Of a stretch of DNA of 37,445 nucleotides, positions 25,218-33,983 are shown in pieces. The DNA lies in the IMG/VR virus record IMGVR_UViG_3300043478_000063, positions 1-37,445 of that record; one strand, given 5' to 3'. The notes under the pieces were generated by a model. It was given only the letters and a program-made list of their open reading frames with translations, did not search any database and was not told the DNA's origin. The DNA is from a virus (taxonomy: Duplodnaviria; Caudoviricetes). Position 1 is the first letter of the stretch; each line of letters begins with the position of its first letter. A program made the translations under genes and the position numbers.

Positions 25218-26272
25218 CAATTCCGGCAGCCGTAAGTTTAGGCTCGTCCGTACTCGGGGGCGTCCTCGGTTCCCGCGCCAGCAAGAAGGCGGGCGACATC
25301 CAATCCGCGGCCGCCGAGAAGGCCGCGGCCGATCTGCGCGCCGAACTCGCCCTCTCGAATCCGAAGATCGGGGCCGCAGCCGATACCGCGGCCGGCAACG
25401 TCAACACCGCTACCGCCGCCGGCCAGGAGGGGATCACCGGTGCGGTGGGCGCCGGACAGGGCCGGATCGACGAATCGACCCGGCGCGCGATGGAACTCCT
25501 CCAGCCGTACATCGGGGCGGGCGGGACGTCCCTGTCGCAACTGATGACGGCGATGGGTCCGGGCGGCGACCTGAGCAAAACGTTCACCGCCCAGGACATG
25601 CACGATTTCGACCCCGGTTACGCCTTCCGCATGGATCAGGCCAGCAAGGCTCTGGCGGGATCGCAGGCTGCACGGGGCGGATCGTTGGGAGGCGGGGCGG
25701 CCGCGGCTCTCATGGGACTGAACCAGAACCTGGCGTCTGCCGAATTCGGGAACGCGGAGGCGCGGTTCCGGGCGCAGCAGAACGACCGGTTCGGGCGCCT
25801 GAATAGCCTGGTCAATCTGGGCGCCAGTTCAGCCGATAAGGCCGCGGGCTACGGCATGACGGGCGCGGACGAGGCGGCACGGCTCGGGCTGACGGGGGCG
25901 ACGTCTTCCGCCGATCTCGGGTTCCGGGGCGCGGGCGCGGCGGGGCAATTCCAGACGGACGCCGCGAAGGCGATGGCTGACAACGCGCTGCGCACGACCG
26001 GCGCGATCGGCGACCTGATGACGGGAGGCGCGAACGCACGCGCCGCGGGGACGGTGGGTTCCGCGAATGCGTGGACCGGCGCACTCGGCGGGGTGGCGAA
26101 CGCGGCGAACACGGTGGGCGGGTATTACAACGACCAGGAGACGCTGAAGAATTGGATGCAGAATCCGGCCCTTCGCGCCGACGTAGGGTTTAACCTCCCC
26201 GCCCGCAAGCCGTCCGTCACCGACTTCTGGCGGGATCCCACGACGACAGGGCTGTATAGCCCGGTGAGGTAA
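25202..26272 (+). CDS. DNA ejection / transfer protein (gp7-like)
   Basis: Gly/Ala-rich; LQPYIGAG, DPGYAFRMDQ, AARGGSLGG, ANARAAGTVGSANAW; GGAGG ribosome-binding site. Confidence 0.85.
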   Translation: MPAAVAIPAAVSLGSSVLGGVLGSRASKKAGDIQSAAAEKAAADLRAELALSNPKIGAAADTAAGNVNTATAAGQEGITGAVGAGQGRIDESTRRAMELLQPYIGAGGTSLSQLMTAMGPGGDLSKTFTAQDMHDFDPGYAFRMDQASKALAGSQAARGGSLGGGAAAALMGLNQNLASAEFGNAEARFRAQQNDRFGRLNSLVNLGASSADKAAGYGMTGADEAARLGLTGATSSADLGFRGAGAAGQFQTDAAKAMADNALRTTGAIGDLMTGGANARAAGTVGSANAWTGALGGVANAANTVGGYYNDQETLKNWMQNPALRADVGFNLPARKPSVTDFWRDPTTTGLYSPVR

Positions 26273-26275
26273 TAC

Positions 26276-27727
26276 ATGGCGATCGACCCTCGCATAGCAC
26301 TCGGCGTCAACCCGCCGGTGATCGCGCCGCTGCAACTCCGAAGCCCGATCGAGCAGCTCGGGAAGATGCTCTCGCTGCGCAATCTGATGCAGGAGAACCA
26401 GGCGGGGGAGCTCGGCCTGCAACAGAAGCAACTCGCAATGCAGGAGGCGCAGAAAGGCATCGCGCAAGAGCAGTCTCTCCAGGACCTCTTCGCCCGGAAT
26501 CCGACTCCCGGTACGGCCGAGGTATTCGGAGCCGGCGGGACCGTGCGCGGCGGCGCGGTCCTCAAAACGCTGGCCGATCAGCGAAAGGCCGAGACGGACC
26601 GGCTCACGCAAGTGAACACGCTGAACGTCGCGAACGCCAAACGCCGCGCGCAAATCGCCTCGGGCGTGACGGATTTGGAAACCGCGAAAAAGGCGATCTG
26701 GCAAACGGCGAATGAACAGGCGTTCCATTTCGATCCCGTGAAGAACGCCCAGATCGCGCGGGACACGTTCCAACACCTCATGGACAACGGATACATCCCC
26801 GAGGAATGGAAGGCCCACGCCCAGGAGTCGATGGACTACGCCGCGCGCACAGAGTTAGCGGACAAACTGGCGGAAGAGGCGCGGAAGGAAGCGAAAGCGC
26901 CTTTCGAGTTACGCACTGCGACAGCGGCCGCTACCAAGGCAGAGCAGGAAGCGGCCGGAACGCAGCCGATCACGGCGCAGCAGAAGATCGCAAACGACCT
27001 GGCAGAAGCGGCAACGGATCGCGTGACCCTCCAGGTGGGCGGAAAACCGCACGAGGTGCTCGTCAATAAACGCACCGGCGTGATCGTCAAGGACCTGGGC
27101 GAATCCGGTGTTAAGCCTCCGACGTTCAACGTGAATGCCGCTACCGGCCTTCTCGACCGGGAGAGCGCGCGATTTGCCGAGCCTCATAAAACGTCCCTCA
27201 AGGACACGAGTTCGCAATTGGAAAAGATCGCCGATGCGAAGGCCATGATCAACAGTGGCGCGGTGGGTCAGGCGCTAGGCATTCCCAAGGTGCTCAGTTC
27301 CCTGGTGGGAGGCCAAGGCAGCGGCTTGCGTATGACCAAGGCTGAACTCGACTCGATCGCGAACGCACGCGGGATCGCGGGAAGCGCGGAAGGTTTCATC
27401 AATCAGATTAGCGGTGAGGGGAAACTGACCGACGACCAGAAGAAGAAACTCACCCAATTGCTCGACGACGTGGCGGTCCGCATCCGTCAAAAGCAGGCGA
27501 TCGCGAATGATGCGCTCGACCGCATCAACTCGGCCGGTTCGCGAGACGAGATGGTGGCGATCGACAAGGAAGCGCGAAAGCGTCTGGGCGATACGGGGAC
27601 GGGCGGCGGATCTCAAGTACCGGAAGCGGTGAAGACGGTTTTGAAAGGCGCCGGACCAGGCATTCACACCCTCAGCGACGGCACTAAGTGGATGACCGCA
27701 GCGGACGGAACCATTACCAAGCAGTGA
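26276..27727 (+). CDS. DNA ejection protein (gp20-like)
   Basis: MAIDPRIALGVNPP start; helical, Q/A/K-rich; expected position. Confidence 0.75.
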   Translation: MAIDPRIALGVNPPVIAPLQLRSPIEQLGKMLSLRNLMQENQAGELGLQQKQLAMQEAQKGIAQEQSLQDLFARNPTPGTAEVFGAGGTVRGGAVLKTLADQRKAETDRLTQVNTLNVANAKRRAQIASGVTDLETAKKAIWQTANEQAFHFDPVKNAQIARDTFQHLMDNGYIPEEWKAHAQESMDYAARTELADKLAEEARKEAKAPFELRTATAAATKAEQEAAGTQPITAQQKIANDLAEAATDRVTLQVGGKPHEVLVNKRTGVIVKDLGESGVKPPTFNVNAATGLLDRESARFAEPHKTSLKDTSSQLEKIADAKAMINSGAVGQALGIPKVLSSLVGGQGSGLRMTKAELDSIANARGIAGSAEGFINQISGEGKLTDDQKKKLTQLLDDVAVRIRQKQAIANDALDRINSAGSRDEMVAIDKEARKRLGDTGTGGGSQVPEAVKTVLKGAGPGIHTLSDGTKWMTAADGTITKQ

Positions 27728-27731
27728 TCTT

Positions 27732-30728
27732 ATGGCAGATCTCGCTATCGTAAAGTCCGAACCTATTCCCCTAAGCATCACGAAAAGCGAACCGCTGTCG
27801 AACGCTGAAGGGGACGCACTCAAGCAGAAAGGCTTTTTCGAGTCTGCTTGGGATGTCGTCAAGTCCGTTCCCGCCGCCGCGGTAGAAATGCTCACTCCGC
27901 ATTCGCGGGCCGAAAAGGAAGCACAGATCCAGAAGGCCCTCCAGTTTGCGGACAGGTTCGTTTCGGCGCACCAGGGCGGGGACGAGGCGGCGAAGAAAGC
28001 GGCGAACGATGAGTTGATGCTGGCTCTTCCCGGCGGATCTACAATCTACAAGGCGAAAGAGGGCAACTACGCGGGCGCCGCCGGCGACATCGCGGGAATG
28101 GCCGTGCTCGGTGGTGTCGCCAAGGCGGCGGCGAACCCCGCCGAAACGGCGGCGATCGCGAAGGGCGGCGCGAAGGGTGCGGCCACCGAATCGATGGCAC
28201 CCAGTTCGGTAAAACTGGGGAAACTTCCTCTAAGCGTGCCAGTGCCTCGAATTGTTTCGAGCACCATTACCGGAAAAGTGGCGGGCGGGATGTTTGGAGG
28301 CGTGCCCGGAGCCATCGTCGGCGGGACAGTGGGAGCGGCGGTCCCGATCATTCGGGGAGGCGTTCGCGGAGCGAGGGCCGAACTGGCGAAACTCGCTCCC
28401 GCGGTCGAACGGCCTGCGCCCGCATGGCAGCGCCTGGCAGAGGTACCGGAAGCCGCGACCGCGCCGCTTGCGGACCTCTCGCAAAAACTCCAGGCAATCA
28501 TCGACGAACGCAACGCGCGCGCGCTCGAACGGCAGCAGAACTCGCTTCCGCCTGCGCTCGAACGCATGGTCACGAAGGCCAAAGAGGCCGGGGCCCTGAC
28601 GCCGGAACAGGAGGCACTGGCAAGCGAGATCCTCCAGAACGTCGAACCTTTGCCGGATGCGGCCAAGACGCCCACGCCCGTTGAAGCGGTCGCGCCTGCG
28701 GCAACTGGGGCCGCAGGCGTCAACCCGGCACTGCTTGAAGAGATCGCGCAAGGGTTGGCCGGGAAGCCTTACAACGAACTGATTCCAGCGCATCAGAAGA
28801 CCGTCATAGAGATGGCACGCCGCATGGAGGCGGGCGAAGGGACAGTGGTCCCGCGGCAGCCTCCCCCGGAAGAGCCGCCGCCCGCGGCGGCAGCCGCGCC
28901 ACTCGAGCCGATCCCGCCCGCGCCTCCCGCGGACACGGCAGCACCGGCGCCCGAACCGCCGCCAGCCGCGCCGACGAACGTCTTCGTAAAAAACAACAGG
29001 CTGGCGAAGGCCGTTCGGGCGGCCGATCGCGCCGCGGAGCTCGGACTGACCGCCAAAGACATCATGCAGATGGACCGGGACGTGTTCGCGGCAAAGGTGG
29101 GCGAGAAGTCGATCTCCGGGGACACGATGGCGATGGTCCGCGATAAGCTCAGGAGGCGCGAGGCCGACGCTGCCAAAGCGGCGGCGCCGGGCGCGAAGTC
29201 CATCCCCGTCGCAAAGGCTCTTACGGATTTCGAGGCAGAGAAGGCGGCGAAACTGCGCGCCAAAGGCGAAGCGGCGGCACCCGTCGAAGCGCCCGCAACA
29301 GAACTCGAGAGCCAACTCGCCGCGTCTCTCGACCGGGTTAAGCGCGGCGAGGCTCCCCCAGCGGCCGCTATAATAGAGCCTGATGTTGAAAGTTCCCTTG
29401 CCGCAAGACAACCTGCCCGAGAACAGCCCGGAAGCGCGGGGGCGCCGGTTTCAGGACCGCGTAAACCAGGCGCGCCAGTTGCGCGCGGAATGGAAACAAC
29501 CGTCAGGGTCCCCGGAGAAAGAACAACCTACCAAGGACAATACTCCGTCAGGGAATTAGACGACGTTCACGCCTCGCATAACGCCCACACCTTCGAGAAA
29601 AACCCCAAGTATCAATTCCGCAATGATCGCGACTACTTCAACCCTGTAAACAAGGAACGGGTAGTAGTAAACAGCAAAGGTGATACGTTCGATCCTGCAT
29701 ACGTATTGTCGGATTCCCCCGACGCGACGAACGGAGCACCGGTAATCGACTCCAGCGGAAACGTCCTCGGCGGCAACAGCCGCGCCATGATTCTGGACCG
29801 GGTCTACAAAAACAATCCAGCAGGTGCAGCGGCATATCGTGCCGAACTCGGGCGCAGGGCGCAGCAGTTGGGCATTGATCCGGAGCAAATCGCCGGCATG
29901 AAGAGGCCGGTCCTGGTACGCGAGTTGTCCGATGCAGAACTGAAGCCACAACGGGCCATCACCGATCTGAACAAGACTGGAACGGCCGCGCTCACCGCAG
30001 CCGAACGGGCAACCGCAGACGCGCGCATGATTACGCCGGCGGCCGCGGACTATCTCGCTACGGCGATCGATGCGGGCGGCGGGGAAGCGACCCTGAACGA
30101 TGTCCTGAGCGGGAAGGGTGGTCTGGCAATTGTGAACCGGTTGGTTGACGACGGTGTGTTCACGATGCAGGAACGGCCAAACCTGATCGACACCAAGACC
30201 GGAGCAGTCACGGCCGCGGCGAAGGAGCGTATTTCCAAGTTACTGCTGGGGCAGATATTCGAGGACGCCGATCAGATGACGCGCACGCCGGCAGAAGTGC
30301 GCAACAAACTCGAGCGTACGGTGTCTCCGATTCTTCAATCGAGTCAAAAGCGGGGCTTTGATATCCGGCCCACGGTTCGCGAGGCGTTGGATGTCATGGA
30401 GTACGCCCGCGCGCACGGCATTACCCGGATGAGTGACCTGCTCGCGCAGGAAAGCATGTTCGGGGATGCGCCCAAATTCTCCCCACAAGCCGCGGACCTA
30501 GCGCAATTCCTTATCGACTCGAAACCTACGGCGATCGCCAAAGCCTTTCGGCGATACGTCACCAATGCTGAGCCGACCATGTTCGGCAAATCGACCCCGT
30601 CCGAGGCGTTCGCCGATGCCTTCGGTACTACATCCCCGGCGTCTACTCTTAGCGAGATGATGCAGACCACGCCCGAGCCGCCGGCGGCCGCCGCGCCGCG
30701 CAAGCGCCGATCGACACCCAACCGCTAA
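27732..30728 (+). CDS. Large ejection protein with a C-terminal DdrB-like ParB-superfamily domain
   Basis: Gly/Ala TM-like segments. From ~29490: ASHNAHTFEKNPKYQ..RDY, GAPVIDSSGNVLGGNSRAM, AAAYRAEL, GMKRPVLVRE, ERATADA. Confidence 0.8.
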   Translation: MADLAIVKSEPIPLSITKSEPLSNAEGDALKQKGFFESAWDVVKSVPAAAVEMLTPHSRAEKEAQIQKALQFADRFVSAHQGGDEAAKKAANDELMLALPGGSTIYKAKEGNYAGAAGDIAGMAVLGGVAKAAANPAETAAIAKGGAKGAATESMAPSSVKLGKLPLSVPVPRIVSSTITGKVAGGMFGGVPGAIVGGTVGAAVPIIRGGVRGARAELAKLAPAVERPAPAWQRLAEVPEAATAPLADLSQKLQAIIDERNARALERQQNSLPPALERMVTKAKEAGALTPEQEALASEILQNVEPLPDAAKTPTPVEAVAPAATGAAGVNPALLEEIAQGLAGKPYNELIPAHQKTVIEMARRMEAGEGTVVPRQPPPEEPPPAAAAAPLEPIPPAPPADTAAPAPEPPPAAPTNVFVKNNRLAKAVRAADRAAELGLTAKDIMQMDRDVFAAKVGEKSISGDTMAMVRDKLRRREADAAKAAAPGAKSIPVAKALTDFEAEKAAKLRAKGEAAAPVEAPATELESQLAASLDRVKRGEAPPAAAIIEPDVESSLAARQPAREQPGSAGAPVSGPRKPGAPVARGMETTVRVPGERTTYQGQYSVRELDDVHASHNAHTFEKNPKYQFRNDRDYFNPVNKERVVVNSKGDTFDPAYVLSDSPDATNGAPVIDSSGNVLGGNSRAMILDRVYKNNPAGAAAYRAELGRRAQQLGIDPEQIAGMKRPVLVRELSDAELKPQRAITDLNKTGTAALTAAERATADARMITPAAADYLATAIDAGGGEATLNDVLSGKGGLAIVNRLVDDGVFTMQERPNLIDTKTGAVTAAAKERISKLLLGQIFEDADQMTRTPAEVRNKLERTVSPILQSSQKRGFDIRPTVREALDVMEYARAHGITRMSDLLAQESMFGDAPKFSPQAADLAQFLIDSKPTAIAKAFRRYVTNAEPTMFGKSTPSEAFADAFGTTSPASTLSEMMQTTPEPPAAAAPRKRRSTPNR

Positions 30729-30753
30729 CCCACCGCACCTTCTCCCAACACTC

Positions 30754-30784
30754 GCGGGACGCCACGCCGGCGTCCCGCTTTTTC
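30754..30784 (+). terminator. Intrinsic terminator ending the late operon
   Basis: GCGGGACGCC-ACGCC-GGCGTCCCGC followed by a T run. Confidence 0.85.
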
Positions 30785-30796
30785 TGCGTCTGGGCG

Positions 30797-31099
30797 CTAT
30801 GCGGATAGTTTCTGTTTCGACTTGAGCTCGTACCACACGCGCAGCACCGAGTTCATGTAGGTCAGATAGCCCGGCCCATTCGAGCGGAACCATGCGAGCA
30901 CGTCCGAATCGATCCGCAGGTGGATCGATTCCTTCTTGGGGCGCCGCTGGATCACGGCCTTAGCCCATTCTTCTTCGGTCGGTTCCCAGGTGTCGGGATC
31001 GCTCGCGGCGTTGCGCTCGATTTCTTCCTCGGTCATGGCTTTCACTCGCGCCCAATCCGTCCGGTCAGGCCCGGTGTCTTCACCAAGCAGAGAGGTCAC
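30797..31099 (-). CDS. brnA: BrnA-family antitoxin (RHH)
   Basis: TDWARVKAMTEEEI...KESIHLRIDSDVLAWFRSNGPGYLTYMNSVLR. Start taken at GTG 31099 (GAGG upstream); uncertain. Confidence 0.85.
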   Translation of the reverse strand: MTSLLGEDTGPDRTDWARVKAMTEEEIERNAASDPDTWEPTEEEWAKAVIQRRPKKESIHLRIDSDVLAWFRSNGPGYLTYMNSVLRVWYELKSKQKLSA

Positions 31100-31103
31100 G
31101 ATG

Positions 31104-31349
31104 TTACCTCTCTTTCCGGTTACTCGCTCTGGCGGAAATGAGGCGGATATTTGCTCCACGCTTGGTATAGACGACCGCGATGAGTTGCCCGTCGAGTTCG
31201 CCCGTGACGAGGATTCTTTCTTCTCCGCTCCTCGTCCTGCGTGAGATTTCGACAGGTGTTTGGTCCCAGATCCTTTGCGCGCGCCGGAAGTCGATGCCGT
31301 GCTTTTCGATGTTCGCTCTGTTTTTGTTTTCATCCCACTCAAACTCCAC
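31104..31349 (-). CDS. brnT: BrnT-family toxin
   Basis: MEFEWDENKNRANIEKHGIDF...EER...VVYT.RG..IRLISAR. Confidence 0.92.
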   Translation of the reverse strand: MEFEWDENKNRANIEKHGIDFRRAQRIWDQTPVEISRRTRSGEERILVTGELDGQLIAVVYTKRGANIRLISARASNRKER

Positions 31350-31380
31350 TATTCAGTGTAGCACAATTGTGTACACAATA
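31350..31380 (-). promoter_or_regulatory. brnTA promoter/operator; predicted leaderless transcript
   Basis: Extended -10 TG-C-TACACT 5 nt before the GTG; palindrome ATTGTGTACACAAT. Confidence 0.55.
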
Positions 31381-31438
31381 AACCGACTGGACATAACAAT
31401 ACACGCCAAAGCGTGCGTGTGTTATCTCTGGTTGTGTT

Positions 31439-32134
31439 ATGGCGAAAAAAGACCGCCCAAAACAATACGTCGGGCGAAGACCCGCCAAGAAAATGCCCAA
31501 TAAAACAGCGCTTTCTGAGGCTGATACCGCTCAAAATAAATATTTTGAGCGGTCTTTAGCACCCCCAAAACCACGCCTTAAGTATATGATTCCAGAGGAG
31601 ATACGGGCGCTTTTAGCGGCCACGCAGAAGAATCACAGGGACTATGCGATTTTCCGCCTGGCGTATCATCACGGTCTACGCGCAAGCGAGATTGGAATGA
31701 TCAACATGTCCGACTATCATCCGGCGCCGCGCATGGAGCATGACCGTCTGATGATCAAACGCCTCAAGGGCAGCAACAGTTTCGACGTGCGGATCGTGCC
31801 GGCCGCCGCAGAAGCAATCCGCCGCTGGATCCGGAAACGCGGGTCGCAGCCTGGCGCGATGTTTGAATCACAACGGCGGCGGCCCATCTCCCGGCGCAGA
31901 CTCGATGAACTGATAAAGATGTATGGCAAACGGGCCGGGATCGCAGAGGATAAGCGGCATTTCCACTCGTTGCGGCACACATGCGCGACGTCGTTGTTGA
32001 GCGAACGCGAGCTCGATATCGCCCAGGTGCAGAATCACCTCGGGCACAAGTCGATCCAGTCCACGATGATCTATGCGCAGATCACAGAGGCCGCGAGCGA
32101 TCAGCGTTATGACAAGCTTCGCAATTGGCGATAA
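31439..32134 (+). CDS. Tyrosine recombinase, FimB/FimE-like (catalytic domain only)
   Basis: KYMIPEEIRALL, RDYAIFRLAYHHGLRASE, RLKGS, HFHSLRHTCA, LGHKSIQSTMIY. Confidence 0.9.
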   Translation: MAKKDRPKQYVGRRPAKKMPNKTALSEADTAQNKYFERSLAPPKPRLKYMIPEEIRALLAATQKNHRDYAIFRLAYHHGLRASEIGMINMSDYHPAPRMEHDRLMIKRLKGSNSFDVRIVPAAAEAIRRWIRKRGSQPGAMFESQRRRPISRRRLDELIKMYGKRAGIAEDKRHFHSLRHTCATSLLSERELDIAQVQNHLGHKSIQSTMIYAQITEAASDQRYDKLRNWR

Positions 32135-32144
32135 AAATATAAAT

Positions 32145-32247
32145 AGACAAACACGTCCTGTTTGTCTTCAATTGTCAACAATGTCCGGACTGTGAACGCT
32201 CTGGAAATTGTGCGCTTCGCGCGCCTCGAGTGTCTACAGTGTCTACA
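32145..32247. repeat. AT-rich region with a 9-bp inverted repeat and phased TGTCNNCA-like boxes
   Basis: AGACAAACA-N5-TGTTTGTCT at 32145-32167; boxes at 32163, 32173, 32182, 32231 and 32240. Confidence 0.6.
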
Positions 32248-32330
32248 CAAAACGGCACAAAAAACACCATCGTTTTGCGGCGGCGATCAATAAACGCAGC
32301 GGTCTGGAGTGGTTTGCGATTGCCAAAGAG

Positions 32331-32633
32331 TCAGAGCGGATCGATTCTTATGTCGATTGCCGTCGCAACCCACCGGCGAATCAACTCAACCGTCAAGAGC
32401 CAATCGATAGAGCCGCGGAGTTTGGCGAGGGTCGCCTTTGTGTCCGCACTAGCGTACGGGTCCAGGTCCCAGACCGGCGACATAATCCATTGCTGAAGAT
32501 AGGCTCGGATCAGTGCAATCTCGCGCGCGGTCAACGGTTCAGCGAGAAGATACTTTCCGACGGCTGGCGCGAGCTCGCCGCCCACCTCGTGCATCCAATA
32601 CTTCGGCGCTCTGGGATCGCCTGGCGGGATCAT
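32331..32633 (-). CDS. Hypothetical protein
   Basis: PKYWMHEVGGEL...EIALIRAYLQQWI; ATGA-coupled to the TerS-like gene. Confidence 0.7.
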   Translation of the reverse strand: MIPPGDPRAPKYWMHEVGGELAPAVGKYLLAEPLTAREIALIRAYLQQWIMSPVWDLDPYASADTKATLAKLRGSIDWLLTVELIRRWVATAIDIRIDPL

Positions 32634-33091
32634 CCGGCCTTGTCGTCTTCCTTCTTCTTCAGCGCGATGAGCCGCGCACGCGCAGCCTCGAGCCGCTGCA
32701 CGAGGTCGATGCTGCCGGTGTGCTCCTGGACGATATGCTCGCGGTAGAGCCGCGGGCGGAACCGCTTCGCCAACGCGATCCCGAGTTGATTGTCGTACTC
32801 GATCTCATAGACCAGGTGGCCGTTGCGCGTCTTCATTTGTTTGCCGCGCCAGTGGAGTGGCCGCTTGATGCCGTTTATCGCGCGGTCCACCAATACGTCC
32901 TCGAGCATCTGGCCTACGCGATCGCCCAACGCCTCGAACGCCTTTCGGTATTCGGCGTCCCGGTCCAGTCGTTTGTAGTGTGCGTCCCGCTTTTCGCCAA
33001 CGGCCGCCGCCGCGGCGGTCACGCTACCGCTGCCGGCGTAGGCCTCGAGGAACCTGCTCACGCGGGACGGCGTCGATTTTTTCGCGGGCAT
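32630..33091 (-). CDS. terS: Terminase small subunit-like protein
   Basis: RFLEAYAGSGSVTAAAAAVG..R..HY.....D..Y HTH, LED...RAING, YDNQL, RPRLYRE, QEHTGSIDLVQRLEAARAR. Confidence 0.78.
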   Translation of the reverse strand: MPAKKSTPSRVSRFLEAYAGSGSVTAAAAAVGEKRDAHYKRLDRDAEYRKAFEALGDRVGQMLEDVLVDRAINGIKRPLHWRGKQMKTRNGHLVYEIEYDNQLGIALAKRFRPRLYREHIVQEHTGSIDLVQRLEAARARLIALKKKEDDKAG

Positions 33092-33097
33092 ATGGCG

Positions 33098-33403
33098 CTA
33101 TTTTGACATGCGGGCGATGTCCTCTTCGCTGATGACGTAGTAGCGGCCCTTGCGCCCTAATGTCGCTGCCCGTACAGCCATCCCGTAAGAAGCAATCAAC
33201 TGACCATGAAGAAAAGCCTCATCCTCGGTTAGCACTCGTACCGTCGCGGTGTCGCCCAGTGCTAACAGAAGGTCCTTCGCTTCATCCAGAGCCATTGGCG
33301 GCAAGCCTCGAATGTTCGGGTGGTCGGCCTCTGTGCGGCCGATCTGTTCCTCGAGCCTGCTCTTCATTTCCTCCAGTTCCTCGTGGGTCCAAGGTGAGGT
33401 CAC
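33098..33403 (-). CDS. Hypothetical protein
   Basis: GTGA-coupled to the upstream gene; helical. Confidence 0.6.
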   Translation of the reverse strand: MTSPWTHEELEEMKSRLEEQIGRTEADHPNIRGLPPMALDEAKDLLLALGDTATVRVLTEDEAFLHGQLIASYGMAVRAATLGRKGRYYVISEEDIARMSK

Positions 33404-33660
33404 TTCGCCTTCTTCCTTCCCCGCCCCCCGGCCAGTCCGGCCTTACGCGCGATCGCGCTGCGTTCCAATTCCCCGAGCTGCCTCCCGATTTCGTACATCG
33501 GGTCTTGTTCGTTATTGGGCGGCTCGTCTTCCCGCTCTTCCTTGACGCTTACCGTGCGGGTCCACATACCGCAGTGCTTACAGCGTTCCCACTTTTCCCG
33601 GTAGCCGTGTGGATCATGCCCACGCCGCTTGCATATGGCGAGTTCTTTACGGTTGATCAC
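33400..33660 (-). CDS. Small Zn-binding protein with a basic tail copied from 33980..34126
   Basis: CKRRGH...CKHC; C-terminus ERSAIARKAGLAGGRGRKKAK. Confidence 0.7.
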   Translation of the reverse strand: MINRKELAICKRRGHDPHGYREKWERCKHCGMWTRTVSVKEEREDEPPNNEQDPMYEIGRQLGELERSAIARKAGLAGGRGRKKAK

Positions 33661-33983
33661 AGTTTCACCAACGCCTCTAACGCATCCTGGGTGTCGATGT
33701 CCCCTTCCCAGTAAGAGACCAGGACGGCGCGGTTCAATTCAATCCAGGCTTTCAGTTGGTTGAATGCGAATGTGTCCATCTCGCCCTCGATCACATGCGC
33801 GTCGGGCCGAATGCCAACCGTCGCCATCTCGCCGGGGATCGCCTTGGCGTTGTACGACACCTTGACGCGCACGTCGTGCCTGGCTCCGCCGCGTACCGAA
33901 ATCCATACGACGAACGGCAGGCCGGTGTGCTTCGGGAAAAGATTCGACATGAGATAGTAATCCAGTTCTTCGAGAGCCTTCAT
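33657..33983 (-). CDS. DUF4160-like protein
   Basis: MSNLFPKHTGLPFVVWIS...RHDVRVKV...LKAWIELNRAVLVSYW. Confidence 0.65.
   Translation of the reverse strand: MKALEELDYYLMSNLFPKHTGLPFVVWISVRGGARHDVRVKVSYNAKAIPGEMATVGIRPDAHVIEGEMDTFAFNQLKAWIELNRAVLVSYWEGDIDTQDALEALVKL

Noticed and set aside
31100-31342. 181-aa N-terminally extended BrnA
   Set aside because: The extension overlaps brnT almost entirely in another frame and is low-complexity; GTG 31099 has a ribosome-binding site.
31361-32213. 8-bp inverted repeat GCACAATT/AATTGTGC flanking the FimB-like gene, and ACACAACC (6647) / GGTTGTGT (31430)
   Set aside because: Matches this short are expected by chance in AT-rich gaps, and the first overlaps the brnTA operator palindrome.
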